Assembly (NCBI GenBank): GCA_002633005.1
Contig: NMRA01000315.1
Location: 102,452-166,451, forward strand
Reading direction: 5' to 3'
From: Phoronis australis
Lineage: Eukaryota > Animalia > Phoronida
Length of the DNA stretch: 64,000 bases
Under the pieces are notes generated by a model. It made no database searches and had not been told where the DNA came from. It was given only the letters and a program-made list of their open reading frames with translations. Both the position numbers and the translations under genes were made by a program. Shown here piece by piece: positions 37,599 to 50,214 of the stretch. Numbering within the stretch: position 1 is the first letter of the stretch; every line of letters begins with the position of its first letter.

Positions 37599-38198
37599 GT
37601 GCATTTGCCGAATTTTGGTAGTTCCTGCTTTTTTAGTGGACTTCTGTCTCGTTTTCTACTTATCCGGATTTTTTATTTCTGTGAGGAGAGGGCTTTTTGC
37701 CCACTTCGCCGAATGAAGGGAGGGGGGCTCATTTGAGCTGCCTGAGCCTCCCCCCGGGTGTGCATATGGCTAGGTTCACAAGACAGCTGGGGCCAAGACT
37801 GCTACCTATAGTGGCCAAAATGTAGGACATGAACAATTTATTTTTATATGTACATGTACCTAGTCTTTTGTGTGCGATATGAGTAAGGTAATAGAAAATC
37901 GTGATATTTTTGTAGGAAAATGAGTAAAGCGGTACCAGAAGGTCACATGGTTCAACGGGAAGTCAACAGTCATTGGTTTAGTAGAGTTTTTCGGATATAA
38001 AAGCAAAAGAAAAAACATTTACATACATGTAAGATAATCATACGTTTCACGAACAAGTTCAGATGGTTTGTTGAAGTGTTTTATTAGATAAATTTCGTAT
38101 TATCTTTATTTCGACAGTGTCTCTTTGATGTGTGTGCAAGTCAATGCCTGGGTTGTGTGGCCTCATCGTTAACATCGTCATGCTTTTGTCATTTTACT

Positions 38199-38565
38199 AT
38201 TACCATGGAAACAGCACTAACGTGCGGTGCAGACAAACAGCAGTACTCACGACAGTCTGAAGGTAAAAAATCAAATGAACATCTCTTCTCGAGTTCGTTG
38301 TTTGGCCTGTTATTAGAAAGTACTAATGTTAGACAACACAAACTTCCAATGCCATGTGAATGACTCCAGCAAACTTCCACACTTTCCTTATAGAATATCA
38401 TCTGTGGTAATATTGAATGTACATGTCACCGCGCACAGCCTCTTCCGAGAATATCTTGTCAACAGTTCCCTTTCGCGCCCACTTGCAGTTGTTTCACTTA
38501 ACTTTGGGGGCGTTTGTCGTTAATGACCTTAAAATAATAAGTCTCCCGTGCACATGCGCATGCGC
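38199..38565. promoter_or_regulatory. Candidate promoter motifs upstream of gene B: RFX X-box-like site (38199-38212) and NRF1-like site (38555-38565)
   Basis: attaccatggaaac and tgcgcatgcgc, 340-700 bp upstream of the predicted ATG; motif match only. Confidence 0.3.
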
Positions 38566-38902
38566 GCACATGTCGGACTTGCTTCTGGTTACTTGGATGG
38601 CTTAGTGACTTAATTATCGCTCCTGGAACATGCTCATTTAGAATAACCTGCACCAATCCTCTGTGAAAGCCAAGGGTACGGAACATTGTTTATAGACAAG
38701 GACATATTGCCAGATGGTGTCGTGTCGGAAACTAAGTGCCGTTTCAGAGGACGAAGAAGAGCAATTATTAGGTACGGAAAAGATGTGGCCAGTTTGAAGT
38801 TAGCAGAATAGAAGTGATAGTAAGCTCAATTATAATTACGACAATGGTATTTACATAGTCTCTTAGCTTTTTGTATATTGTAGTCAACAGAACTGCGGTG
38901 CC

Positions 38903-38968
38903 ATGGAAACAAGCAACTATGGAAGACCGACTATCGTCACACGATCCAAGCGCCAGGCTCTGTTCGCA
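38903..38968 (+). CDS. Gene B coding exon 1 (826-aa uncharacterised protein)
   Basis: gccATGg context; METSNYGRPTIVTRSKRQALFA; donor |gtaaga, phase 0. Confidence 0.55.
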
Positions 38969-39110
38969 GTAAGAACGTATTCTATCCAACCGTTGTAATT
39001 TTTGGTAGTAAGGGTTCGAGCACCAAACGAATATTGTATTTACAGAAACCAATGTTCGAGCACATTGTGTAAATAGTTTCAAAAATTTGCCATTCACTTT
39101 CTGTTTGAAG

Positions 39111-39186
39111 GTCGAGGAACCTCTGCTGACACCGTCGATGCTGTCAAGCGATCAAATACCAAAACTGATTGCACGTAAGCGACAAG
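39111..39186 (+). CDS. Gene B coding exon 2
   Basis: ctttctgtttgaag| VEEPLLTPSMLSSDQIPKLIARKRQ |gtttgt; phase 0 to 1. Confidence 0.55.
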
Positions 39187-39627
39187 GTTTGTCAATTTTT
39201 GTTGCACCAATTAAACATTCAGATTGGGATCATTTGCATGCCAGAGGCGGAGATAGGGGCTCTGGGGCACGCCTGCAGCTAAAGACCCGACCAAAAAAAG
39301 AAACGCTGTCAGCACGCTGGAACGGACACGGACATTATTCTTTGGAAGTTGTAGTTTTCCTCGATCCTCCAGTTCATACTATGTATCTAAAGACTCTCCG
39401 TGGTTCTCTCACATTTGGTCTTTCAGTAATAATGTCCACTGAATGTGTGTTCGTTGCACGAGGAAAAGGTGTGAGTCGGTAATGCCAAGGTCACCATGTC
39501 ACCCGGAGTAAAACTTCAATACATGTACAACTGACCTTACCACCATTAGGTGCTGACTATACTTTAACATTCGTAGTTCATGTACTGTAAGATTTCGTAA
39601 AACTTGGTTATTTTTAATTGGCTTCAG

Positions 39628-39820
39628 AAAGACGCCACACAAAGCTAACTGGCAATGCACTTGGAATAGACCACCCAAGGCCAAGGTCTGCAACGCCTGA
39701 CCAAACCAGTAAATCATCACAAAGAATTCCACAGCCCTTTTCATTCATTCCTCCCACTCCAAAATGGCGTCTCACGAAAAGTAAGGGGACTCGGAGGGAA
39801 CGAAAAAAACAGAGCGCCCG
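39628..39820 (+). CDS. Gene B coding exon 3
   Basis: ggcttcag| RRHTKL..RRERKKQSA |gttagt; phase 1 to 2. Confidence 0.6.
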
Positions 39821-39955
39821 GTTAGTACAAACATCAGTTTCTGCTTTCGTTGTATTATTATCATATTCTGAAACAAAGCAGCGTGAAGCACAAAATCGCA
39901 TTCCAGTTGAAGCAGAGTGTTAATTTATTCCTTAAAGATTAATTTAATTTTCCAG

Positions 39956-40118
39956 GAAATCAATCTTGAGTGATTGCCTTGCGAAAAAATCTGGCTGTGA
40001 CGTCATTGACCAACTAAGTTCTAAAGATAGACGACGGTACTTCGAGCATTTACTTGATACGGTGGAATTCTTTATGGAAATTTACAAATACTGTCTGCAA
40101 GAGAAGATGTGTGCACAG
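39956..40118 (+). CDS. Gene B coding exon 4
   Basis: aattttccag| KSILSDCL..YFEHLLDTVEFFMEIYKYCLQEKMCAQ |gttcgt; phase 2 to 0. Confidence 0.6.
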
Positions 40119-41296
40119 GTTCGTCCTCACGTTTGGGTTGAGTTCGTGACTTGTTATCCATATTTCAACTGCAGATCAAACACTGTGTCAAGGGTTAAGT
40201 CACGAGACATTCGACTCGTTAAGTCAAAACGTTGACGTTTTAACTATTAGAAATACATGTAGATACCAGTTTCTATATCAAGATTAGAACTGGCTTCAGA
40301 AGACAAGCTGAACACTGTATGATACAAGAATTTTGTGTGTAAATTCTCTTGTGTACCTACAGTGTAGATAGCCGTGAAAGGAGGTGGCCTGAAGACTTTT
40401 GACAAACTCATGTAAAGTTTAAAATGAAGATGCCAGAAGCGTTTTTTTTTTCCTGTCATGCCCGGGGGACGGCAATAGTTGGATATAACGTGCCCGTATT
40501 TTGAGAGCCTGTGGAGAAAATGGTTCTCAAAATAGGTTATATGCCACCATTACCCGGAGGACAGCTCGGCGTGCCCACAGCCCTCATAACTCTACGTTTG
40601 CTCGGCCTGCATAGAGATGACCCAGGCAACATTCATTTGTTTCTCGAAAAAAATGGGACTGTTTGCATAGCAGGAACCAAAATATTGGCCGTTTTGCTGA
40701 CAAGGTGGAGTAACGTTTTCAGTATCCTGGTCGTCACGCTCAAGTTGGTAGATATTTGAAAACCGGACTACAAACTTGTGTCCTACATCCCATAGAGAAA
40801 TAAAAGCCATCCTTGGTAGTGATCTGTTTTAGTGACTAAAAAAAAACATCTTACGACAACGCTGGTAATTGCGTTTAGTTCATGTTTTTGTATCCCGCCA
40901 ATTCGACTATGTTAAGCTTAAACTCAACCAGGCTTTGTCGTATTAGTAGATATTAACTATGACTTTCCCACTCTGATCAAGAATGCTTTGCATCCCTCGT
41001 CAACCACGAAATGTTGAAAATTTAAAAACAACTTGCAAGATTGAGTTACTCTACAGCTGTTGGGAAATACCACGCTCCAAGAAGCACATTCATTAAGAGT
41101 TATTGCTTGCTTCCTGCTTTTATCACTCAAACGATATTCCAAGGGTGCATTAACAAAGGACAAGATCAGAATTGGTTGAAATAACCGAAACAGGCCTTAG
41201 TATCGAATTAAAATATCTATAGAATTAGTAAAATGTAAGTTATCAACCGATTCGAAAACCTGTTTCAATTACTAATAGGTTAATGCCACATTTTAG

Positions 41297-43279
41297 AACA
41301 TCAAGAAACATTTCTTCTTAAGAGATCTTGGATCGCCACCGCTCAGCGACAACCCGCGGTTTGTCCTATACGAATTAAAGCGCCGCGTAAACCATCGCCA
41401 GAAAGATTGCTCGAGACCCAGTGAGTGTAGAGTTCCATCAGTAGCGCACGTTTTGTCGGTAGGGGTCAAAGACGGAGTTAACTTTTCGCCACTGGTATGT
41501 TCTTCGGGAAGCGATAGCCTCCTTGATGAGATGGCGATGGGAAAAGCGCTCAAGTTGACCAAAGAACTGTTGACAGCGTTATTAGAAGACCTCGGTATTA
41601 GTCAAACTTGCGGTAAAGATAACATAGACATTAACTCAGACTCACATGCAATAGCAACTTTACGTCACTACTGTTCGAGAAAACGGGAAGAAATTGCTGA
41701 CTCTATGCCGCTTTTGACCATCGTAGAGAGGCCAAATTGTCTCAAATCTCCAACTCAAATTTGGAATCTTAATTCGGAATTTGCTGTTTCTGATAAACAA
41801 CAATCTTTCAAGCAATTTTCTTCGGAAAATGTAATATATCAAAAGCTGATAGAAGGTCTTATACCAAGCGACATTTTGGAATCTATGGTAGACAAAAAAT
41901 CGACTTGCCCAATCCCTTTTTGGAACATAAGTGACGAGACTTGTCCTAAAGCGCCAACGCAACAAGATATTAAACCCTACACGATGCACGAGAATCTACA
42001 AAACATCTACGCGCACTGGAGTGACGAAATCATCGGATACATCATGTCGTCCTTAAGCAATACTGGAACACGGGCTAACCAAAGAAGAACCGCGATAATG
42101 GCGTCGTCGTATTCAAGTTTCATATACGGTATTTTGAGCCCACTACAGACCGTTTTTGGCAAAATAAAAGGGTCGAATATGCCATCATCAATAATCCATA
42201 AAGAAACTGAAAACCAGTTTGCAGTTCCAACATTAAATAAAGGAACGAGGATGACCGACTCAGAACTGCCCGCGTTCGAAATCGTGGAAGCTGTGGGAGG
42301 AACCCATCAAAGAAACACCGATATGTTTGCCAGCCTTAGAGAGGATTCAAGTTGTTCTTCTTTAACAAGTTTGCGTGGGCAATCCACATTCATTAACCCG
42401 TTCTCCCAAAGTGAATTAGATAAAGTAGATGTTAAGCGTGAGCAAAATCAAAACCAGAACAGATACTCGTCTAGCTGTAGCAGACATGACAACTCTTTTA
42501 GCACCCAATCTGCACAGCCAGTAGAAACTAGTCATCTGAAAGCTATGGTGGTCCAACACGGAACATTTGCCAAAGATAATTGTTCGGTAGTGCGGCAATT
42601 TGTTAAACAGGACGCAGATTGTCCTCTAAAAAGATGCATCCTTTCGGAGTTGAACGAAAATTGGACAGGTGTAAAGAAAGTAAAACGAACTGCTCAAATA
42701 CTAACGCCTCGGAAAGGACAATCGTACACAAAGACAGGACGAACTATACAAAACCAAGAACATTATCATAAAGTTCGACACCAGAAAAAAACTTCTATTA
42801 CAGCCAAAAACGCGAAGCCAATACATGAAGAAAATACCGAACTTGTCAATTTCGCTTCTGGGACGTGCTACAAAACGACTTGTAAAAGCACCTCCAAGAA
42901 AAAAGATCATATTAAGTCTCTATCGAAAAGCATTGCAAATTTGAATAACACGATGGCGGACAACTTAGGAAAAACGTACACTATTAGAAATGATCAGAGT
43001 GAGTGCGATTCAGTGAGCGTCGGTATTGGATCGCCCGACACCTCTGGCGGTTACAGCTACCTAGAGCTGACCGCGTCATGCAAAGGCTGCCCACAAAACC
43101 TTGTAGACAAAGCCGAGTTGGAGAAAATGGTATTTGGAAACTTGGGCTTATCAACTCCTAGTGATGATGATGATGATAATGATGATGATCTTGAAAGTGG
43201 CAGATGTCATACAACTTTTGGTAGCGACGAAACTGCGCCATGGATTAATAATAATTGGGGATACCCAGAGAGCACGTGA
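41297..43279 (+). CDS. Gene B large terminal exon (Ser/Thr/Lys-rich, poly-Asp tail, no recognised domain)
   Basis: cacattttag| phase 0; a 1983-nt open frame including track ORF 41453-43279. The joined CDS is 2481 nt. Confidence 0.8.
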   Translation, partial: NIKKHFFLRDLGSPPLSDNPRFVLYELKRRVNHRQKDCSRPSECRVPSVAHVLSVGVKDGVNFSPLVCSSGSDSLLDEMAMGKALKLTKELLTALLEDLGISQTCGKDNIDINSDSHAIATLRHYCSRKREEIADSMPLLTIVERPNCLKSPTQIWNLNSEFAVSDKQQSFKQFSSENVIYQKLIEGLIPSDILESMVDKKSTCPIPFWNISDETCPKAPTQQDIKPYTMHENLQNIYAHWSDEIIGYIMSSLSNTGTRANQRRTAIMASSYSSFIYGILSPLQTVFGKIKGSNMPSSIIHKETENQFAVPTLNKGTRMTDSELPAFEIVEAVGGTHQRNTDMFASLREDSSCSSLTSLRGQSTFINPFSQSELDKVDVKREQNQNQNRYSSSCSRHDNSFSTQSAQPVETSHLKAMVVQHGTFAKDNCSVVRQFVKQDADCPLKRCILSELNENWTGVKKVKRTAQILTPRKGQSYTKTGRTIQNQEHYHKVRHQKKTSITAKNAKPIHEENTELVNFASGTCYKTTCKSTSKKKDHIKSLSKSIANLNNTMADNLGKTYTIRNDQSECDSVSVGIGSPDTSGGYSYLELTASCKGCPQNLVDKAELEKMVFGNLGLSTPSDDDDDNDDDLESGRCHTTFGSDETAPWINNNWGYPEST

Positions 43280-45286
43280 CATTCCTTCTGTTGTTGAACA
43301 TCTGAACATAAAAACGTAGAAAGACTTTGTCGCTATTTTCATTGTTATGCAATTTACGTTTCACTAAAAAAATAATTTGCTTGTAATGGACAATGGGCGA
43401 TGTTGTGCACCGTTTGACTCAAATGCACAAGACATGAATATTTGATTGATCTGAGAGGCAAGGGAGGATGGTATCGCAACGTCGCACGGGCTACCTCATA
43501 GCCAGGCCGATAAATGCAAATATCGAAAGACTAGTATGTTACCCATACAAGCCCTACAACTGGCCTGAGATTCCAACATGGAAGGAATTTTCTAGACAAG
43601 TTAGTCGTTGCATATACAGTTATATGACTGGGTGGCCAGCAAAGGCAAGCGCCTCTAACAGCTGACTATCGAGTAACAATATATTAAATAGACATTAACA
43701 GCCAAGAAGAACAATGTAACTAACAACAAAAATTATACATCTACAATGAATAAGATAAGTTCTATACTCATGTACGTTTATTTCGGAACAGTAGTACTGC
43801 ATAGTACTTAAAGAATTGATCAAAACAAAAATCAAAAAATCAAATGATGAAACAATCTCGGTACACATAAAGGATATGATAATGAGTCTGCTACATGTAT
43901 GCTATCAAAATTTAAGATGATAAATTTATGTTGTAAAACGATTAAAATTATATTCGAAACTAATGCAAAGCGATCGTGAAGCAGACTAAAATCGCGTTCT
44001 TACTCTAAACACTGAATAGAAAATGGTGGTAATATTAAAAGTTTGATCATGTTTGACACGTACGATTAAATTAAACGCGTTCGACACAGCTTAAAATTAT
44101 GTTTGATCACGCATACCGCGCTGCAGTAGACAAGACTGTGGTATGTTGATGCGATCGTCGTATAAATTTAGTTGATGTTAACGATCGCAGGAACAAAGTT
44201 TCTACATCAATAAAGTAACAATTGTTGCTTTAAAAAATCACACATGGTGCCTATGTGCTTTGCCAGTTTTATGCAACATCTTTGAGAGATTTGATGTCAT
44301 GGCAACTATGAAACACCAAAAACTTATGGCAAAATAAACAATTTAAGAAATTAAATAAATTGTGTTATTCTAAATAAAATCATACTCAAATGTCTTAAGT
44401 TATTCATTGTCGTAAAACAACGACTGTTTTACGGCTTTTTGACAAACTGTGTCGAACTCCCTAAACAGAAAAATTCAGAAGAAATGATTTAAGGTGTTTA
44501 AGGAGATACATACACCTGTTGAGTCGTCAAAATTATGCAAAAATATTTGAGAATTCGTGGAATTGAACAATGTCCACCTAATATGAACTACGTTTTTAGA
44601 CTAATCAGGCACATGCATGGATATATTCACAGATTACAATCAAAGCTATGTGACTTACAGCTTTTAGCAAACGTGTACTGTTCAACAGAAAGCAAGACTG
44701 CAAGAGTATACAAAATACCACACTTAAGGGTCTACCAGAAGGACTGTGGGTTTCGAACCCATGTCATTCACATTGGGATCCTATAGTCATGCCACTTAGA
44801 AACCCTGCCTCTAACCTGCTATCTCTTTTAAACTAAGGCATTAATGGGAACACAAAAGCCATGGAATAGACCGATTAAGGAATTCATTTTCAGCCTCACC
44901 TGGAGCTGATATGAAGCGGACCAAATTTGGAGGGTTGCCCATTCAGAACTATTTTGTATCTGGAGATGCCGTTTGAATTGCCGTTGCTCTGAATGATTGT
45001 TTTGAGGGTGGTGAGTATTTATAGTTTGATACACTATCCGTGCAGGTGATCAACATAATGTATAAATTGTGTTTCAGGACATTTTAAAAAAATACACAAA
45101 AAATCTTATACATTTGCTACACCATCTCTAGAGGTCATTAAAATAAAAGCACTCCTCCTTTTTCTGTAATTGGGAGAGTTTTACATTTTTGGCTGCAAAA
45201 GCAGAATTTTCAACGACTCGCGACATTTCATAACCAGCGACTACTAAAACGAAAGTTTCGTAGCTTCAGCATTGAGAGCCTAGAAC

Positions 45287-46333
45287 CTAGAGACGTGACG
45301 TCTGTGTACCACTTGCTGGCAACTGTGAACCACCTGACGTCACTTTGGGAGCGCGATTTATTTTATCAATGAACGCGATCCACAATTCGTGGCGTAACTG
45401 CGTATCACAGGCAAGATGTACACATAAAATAACGCAGTGTTTGCTGTAGTTGAATACATTAACCATAAATTTTGCTGACTTTAAGAGAGGGTCTTCTTTG
45501 GCCATTACCGCATTCAAGAGGGACACAACTTGGACAGGTATCGTTAAGAACAGAGACACCAGAGCAACAGCTACAGACGTTATGGTACGCGAGTGAATTT
45601 CATAGGACTCATCGTGTTTTATCAATACTTTGTTGTTCTCCAGAATAAAAAACTGTTCAGTCGCCGGCATTACGCGACATGATACGTCCTTCATTTCCCT
45701 TTTGACGGTATTCAGCTGGTAGATTATTCGCCCACAAAAGATTACCATCGTAAAAAATGCACCAACAGCTTGAAGTAAAATGATGAAAACGGGTCGTTCG
45801 TTCAGCCAATCAAAATCCATGTCTTCACTCGGATACCCACATTCTAAGGTAACTTTTTCTGTGTTGTTGTCGTGCGTGGCTTTCTCATGACCCGTAGGCA
45901 CATAAAACAGGCTGCTATTCTCGAGCACAACAAGAATCGCAACCAATACAAGCACTTTCTTGGTCCTCGGCACTGTACACATAGTAAGAGCCCGGGAAGG
46001 ATGGCAAACGGAGATCCATCGTTCCACCAAGATAGCTACTAGGGTCCATGAGTAAAAATCGTCCCAGAAGTAGAAAGAAAAGCGATGTGATTTGCAAACC
46101 CATTCGTTGCCATTTCGAATATATAGTGTTTTGGTATAATCCTTAGACGATCCAGAAAGCAGCACCAATACGTCAGCCCAGGGAAGGACACTGAAGCAAA
46201 GCCCCGTAAAATCTTTCATGAATCTTTTTCGTCTAGTGATCCAGAAAAATAGACCATTTGTAATTGACCCAATTACAAGAAAAATTGTCGAAACAGAGTT
46301 CCACTCATAGCCGTCAGACAGAGACTGTTCCAT
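45287..46333 (-). CDS. Orphan class A GPCR, divergent FMRFamide/peptide-receptor-like type, intronless CDS
   Basis: 348 aa with 7 hydrophobic segments: GSITN (TM1), LPWAD (TM2), WVCK, SWTLVAILVERWISVCHP, CTVPRTKK, FLTIP (TM6) and a divergent TM7. An upstream acceptor (ttttttgtag) lies at ~46365. Confidence 0.85.
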   Translation of the reverse strand: MEQSLSDGYEWNSVSTIFLVIGSITNGLFFWITRRKRFMKDFTGLCFSVLPWADVLVLLSGSSKDYTKTLYIRNGNEWVCKSHRFSFYFWDDFYSWTLVAILVERWISVCHPSRALTMCTVPRTKKVLVLVAILVVLENSSLFYVPTGHEKATHDNNTEKVTLECGYPSEDMDFDWLNERPVFIILLQAVGAFFTMVIFCGRIIYQLNTVKREMKDVSCRVMPATEQFFILENNKVLIKHDESYEIHSRTITSVAVALVSLFLTIPVQVVSLLNAVMAKEDPLLKSAKFMVNVFNYSKHCVILCVHLACDTQLRHELWIAFIDKINRAPKVTSGGSQLPASGTQTSRL

Positions 46334-49300
46334 CTTTCAATAAGCTGTAGGTCTATACGTGATCCTACAAAAAATCCATTCAAATCTTGTAATTAAAATA
46401 TTGAAATATGGGAGTAGGTAATAGCCAGATTACAATGATTAAGTTGATCATTGGTCGTGATTCTAAATAATTTTAGAGGTTTAACTTAATGAACGGCAAT
46501 CGAAACCAATGAAATCACGTTTCTAAAAACTTTAGGTCCTTTATATTGGCACGAAATGAACGCACCGGACTACCGGTGCAAAAGGAAGATGACAGACTGT
46601 TACGGTGATCCTGCACTTGGGTAGCATAAGTGTGACTGACCAGTGAAATTCTATTTAGTCAAATTTCTCCACCAAGTAGAGAATAAAGTGATTTGTACTA
46701 AGGTAATCAGCCTTTGAATGTGGAACACGGCAATTTTGGCTGTATTTTGTGGCGAAATAAATGGAGAATTTCCGTAACGTAATTAAAGGTTCAAAGTTTA
46801 ACCTTACAAGAAAAAAGTGAAACAATTTTTCAAGAAGTGGTGAAAGACGGGTTCGTTTAGTTTCTGTTACATGGTCTAGGAATCTGTCTCGCCTGCAAAA
46901 ATCTTAGTGAGGACTAAACACTTGTAATGAGTAAAAAGCTTCCAAAATGTCCCAGAGTAAGTGTGCTTTAGAAGACATTTACCTCCTAAGACAGGAATTT
47001 AGCAAAACAAATTGACAACATGTGGTCAGTTGGAAGAGAAGGCATCTTAATATTAATGACGTCAACTGGTTTAATGAGCTTTCTATACTCAAGAGGGTGT
47101 TTTCATGAAAATGACCATCGTGCATTGATTTCCCATTAAAAATTCTTACTAGGCTACACTGTAGATATAACAATCATGAGAAGACTGTCCTAGGAATAGT
47201 ACTAACAGTTTGTATTAGGCGATTTAAGCAGGCCTAAAGATGTTAAGAACTCGCCATTGCAAATTCATAAATTCATTTGACATTAACAACATGTTCATGA
47301 CGTCGTTTTAAATTGACTGGCCAGTGATTTTGTTTATCTATTCGAAAACTCATGTTTTCGCCCTAAACACTCTGTTGTTACTATAAAAATGACTGTAACT
47401 TAGTGATTTGAGCTCGCAATAGCAACAAAAATATGCTCACTGGTAACCACTTTCTAGTAACAATCTTTCATTTGAACTGCTTTTGCACTACCCACTTCCA
47501 GTCAGTCCCTTCTCCCAAAACTGTTTGGAAGACGCTCACTATGTTTTCCCACAAATCTTTACAGCCACTTGATGTTTATGCACTGACATGAATGACACTT
47601 GGTCGGCGTAAGTTATGACGCTACGACCAGTGATTTTGGCACTGAGGATTATGCCTGCAATACAATAACACTTGAACTCCTCGACTTGCCAGAAGATGCT
47701 TACTGGTGATTTTGCATATCAATTCGATTCTACCATATATAATGACAATTTCAAAACAGGTTCAGGGTCAACATCGTAGTGTTACGCAAATCTGTAATGT
47801 TTTCAGCAGCGTAATTTTTCGAACTCTGCTTCATACGTCAACCTGATCTGCAAATTAAGTACCGGAGCAACTACTTTGTTTGAAGCACACAGCGCGATCA
47901 CCCGGTCTGTGCGTAAGTTCAGAAATGAACCTTTCCGAAGGTTAGCCCATCAAACAGTCTAGTTTAGTATACTCTGAATTGCACTTACTGATTGCTGTTA
48001 TTCGCAAGACTTCTCTGAACGCCAAAATCAGGGGGCGCAAAAGACTCGCAAGAAACGTTCGTGTGGTCACATGCGTTTTGCTATTGTCCATTCTGATATT
48101 TGAAATGTATTGTGATGTAGTTCATACGGATATTTTTCAGTTCTTATCTTATAACAACACAACAGTTCTACAATATTATGGAGTACTTGCTTCCTAGAGA
48201 TGTAATAGTGATTTTTACCAATATCTCAGTAATTAAATGGCCCAATGTCAAAATGTTGGTCAATGCCGAGGGTCATCATTTGCTGTTATACAGGTAAACC
48301 TTCCGAACCACGAGGTCTTAAGCATTTTGATGAGGATTGAAGGTAGATCACGTTGCAATGATCTTCAGAAAAGTTTCGTATGGTTGTAGTTGCGCTTTTT
48401 CAGTATTGCTATGCCATTCATTCACGCTACTGGTATAGCGATGGACAGGATTGTTCATCTTTGAATATCTCTGTTACATTTGCGTAATAGCGTACATGCA
48501 GATGCGAGAGATTCTCGGCAATAGTCCGATATAACGTGGCCGTATTTGAGAACCAGTTTGATGCCCATTATTCAGTGAAGAAAACTTGTTCTCAAAATGC
48601 GGGCACGTTATATCAGACCAATACCAGATTCTCTAGAATTCCACATCGTTTGGACTCTCGTTATTATTTATACAAGCATGCGCAGATAGTTTTCGTGACT
48701 CATGCTGATCCAGTTTGCGATCTAACGTGATACGTGTAAATGCGTCTAGAGCGGAGCAAGTCGCGGTGAGACAACTTCACCGTGACAACTATTCCCAGTG
48801 TAAAACATCTTAACTCATTTTGTTTTGACAATTGGGAGCTTACAAAAGACGCATTCACTACAAAACTAAGTGAGGCGGTCTGTGAAATACGGTTTCGTGA
48901 TCTTGCAACTCTAAATGGGATTTATTTAAATTCTGGATTCAACTGGGGTCTCTAGGGCTAGAAAAGACCCTGGCACGCCTGGAAATTTCATTCTATATAC
49001 TCGAATAGAAAGCAGACGATTTTCAATTTGATTTTTTTTAGGAACATCAAATTGCGAAAAATATCAACAAAACTTGTTCCTCAGCAGATTACAGTGATAC
49101 TTTAGTCCTAAAATTTAACAAAAAGTCCAATCTTAAGCCTACCCCGTAGTGGACTAGCCTCCAGTCTCAACACCTATTTCTTGAAATGGGGCTTAACATT
49201 TTGGTGATACGTTAGACCAATTTGAGGCTAAAGTAAGACAAAAAATGTTTCATAAAAGAGGCCTCCTGTTAGCGGAGCTTAAAATTTTTCATATATAACT

Positions 49301-50214
49301 GCAAAAGCCAAATGTCACTTTTTTCAGTAAAATGCTGTAAACAGTTTTAATATTAAACATGTTTGTAAAAAACTCCTAACATGTATAAATTTTTCAAAAG
49401 TGTCTCTAAGAATGGAGGTGAAGAGGCCAGCTTCTTACCGGTATCCATACGGGGACACGGGTCGATGGCTATAAAGAATAACCAGTATAATTGGCGGGTT
49501 TGTTCACTAATTTTGGCGAGAAATCGTTGTTTGTCTAAAACCGTACTTCAAGCGTCTCGCTTGATGATTTTATTTTGGACAAACACAACGAAATTAAAAT
49601 GGGGAAATGAAAGTGAGCTTGATTGGATAGATGAAACTCGCTCAGAAAACTGGAAGTTCACGCTACGAACTCTAACGCCTCCAGTCCCGCAAATTCCGTC
49701 TGAAGTGGAGGGCGTGTGACATTCAAATAAACTGCATGAGGCGCGTACCAGTGGACTGCCGGGAGCGGTCGAAATCACAACATTACTATGCCGACAGTGG
49801 CTAATAAAATTAGCCGGAAATAAAACAAGGATCGTAATCACAAATCCTTGGTTCGCGAGGATAAATCCAATGTTTGAGTTCCTGCTGCCTAGTGCAACTG
49901 CGAAAGGTTTCACCTTCAGTGACAGGGCTGCGCTCGGCACAGGCGAAAATGCTCGCTCGAAAAAACGAGTGATAAAAGTAGTGTTTCTACTCGTATTTTA
50001 TGGTTTCTGCTTCTGTTTTCGTATTTTCGACATTTCGAGCGTTTACTCGCTGATAACGAGCTGTAGGTCTATAGTTTATTGACAACCCTCCAACCCTCCA
50101 ACCTAAAGCTCTGTTCCATTAATACCTAGCCTAAGTTTACTCCTTTAGACAAACGGGTCTCAAAGAATTCGGGCTATAATTGATAATGGCAATAGGTCAA
50201 CTTATGCCGGAAAT

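Noticed and set aside
49381-50082. ORFs of 112, 130 and 70 aa
   Set aside because: No motifs or consistent splice structure; the region looks like non-coding repeat interior
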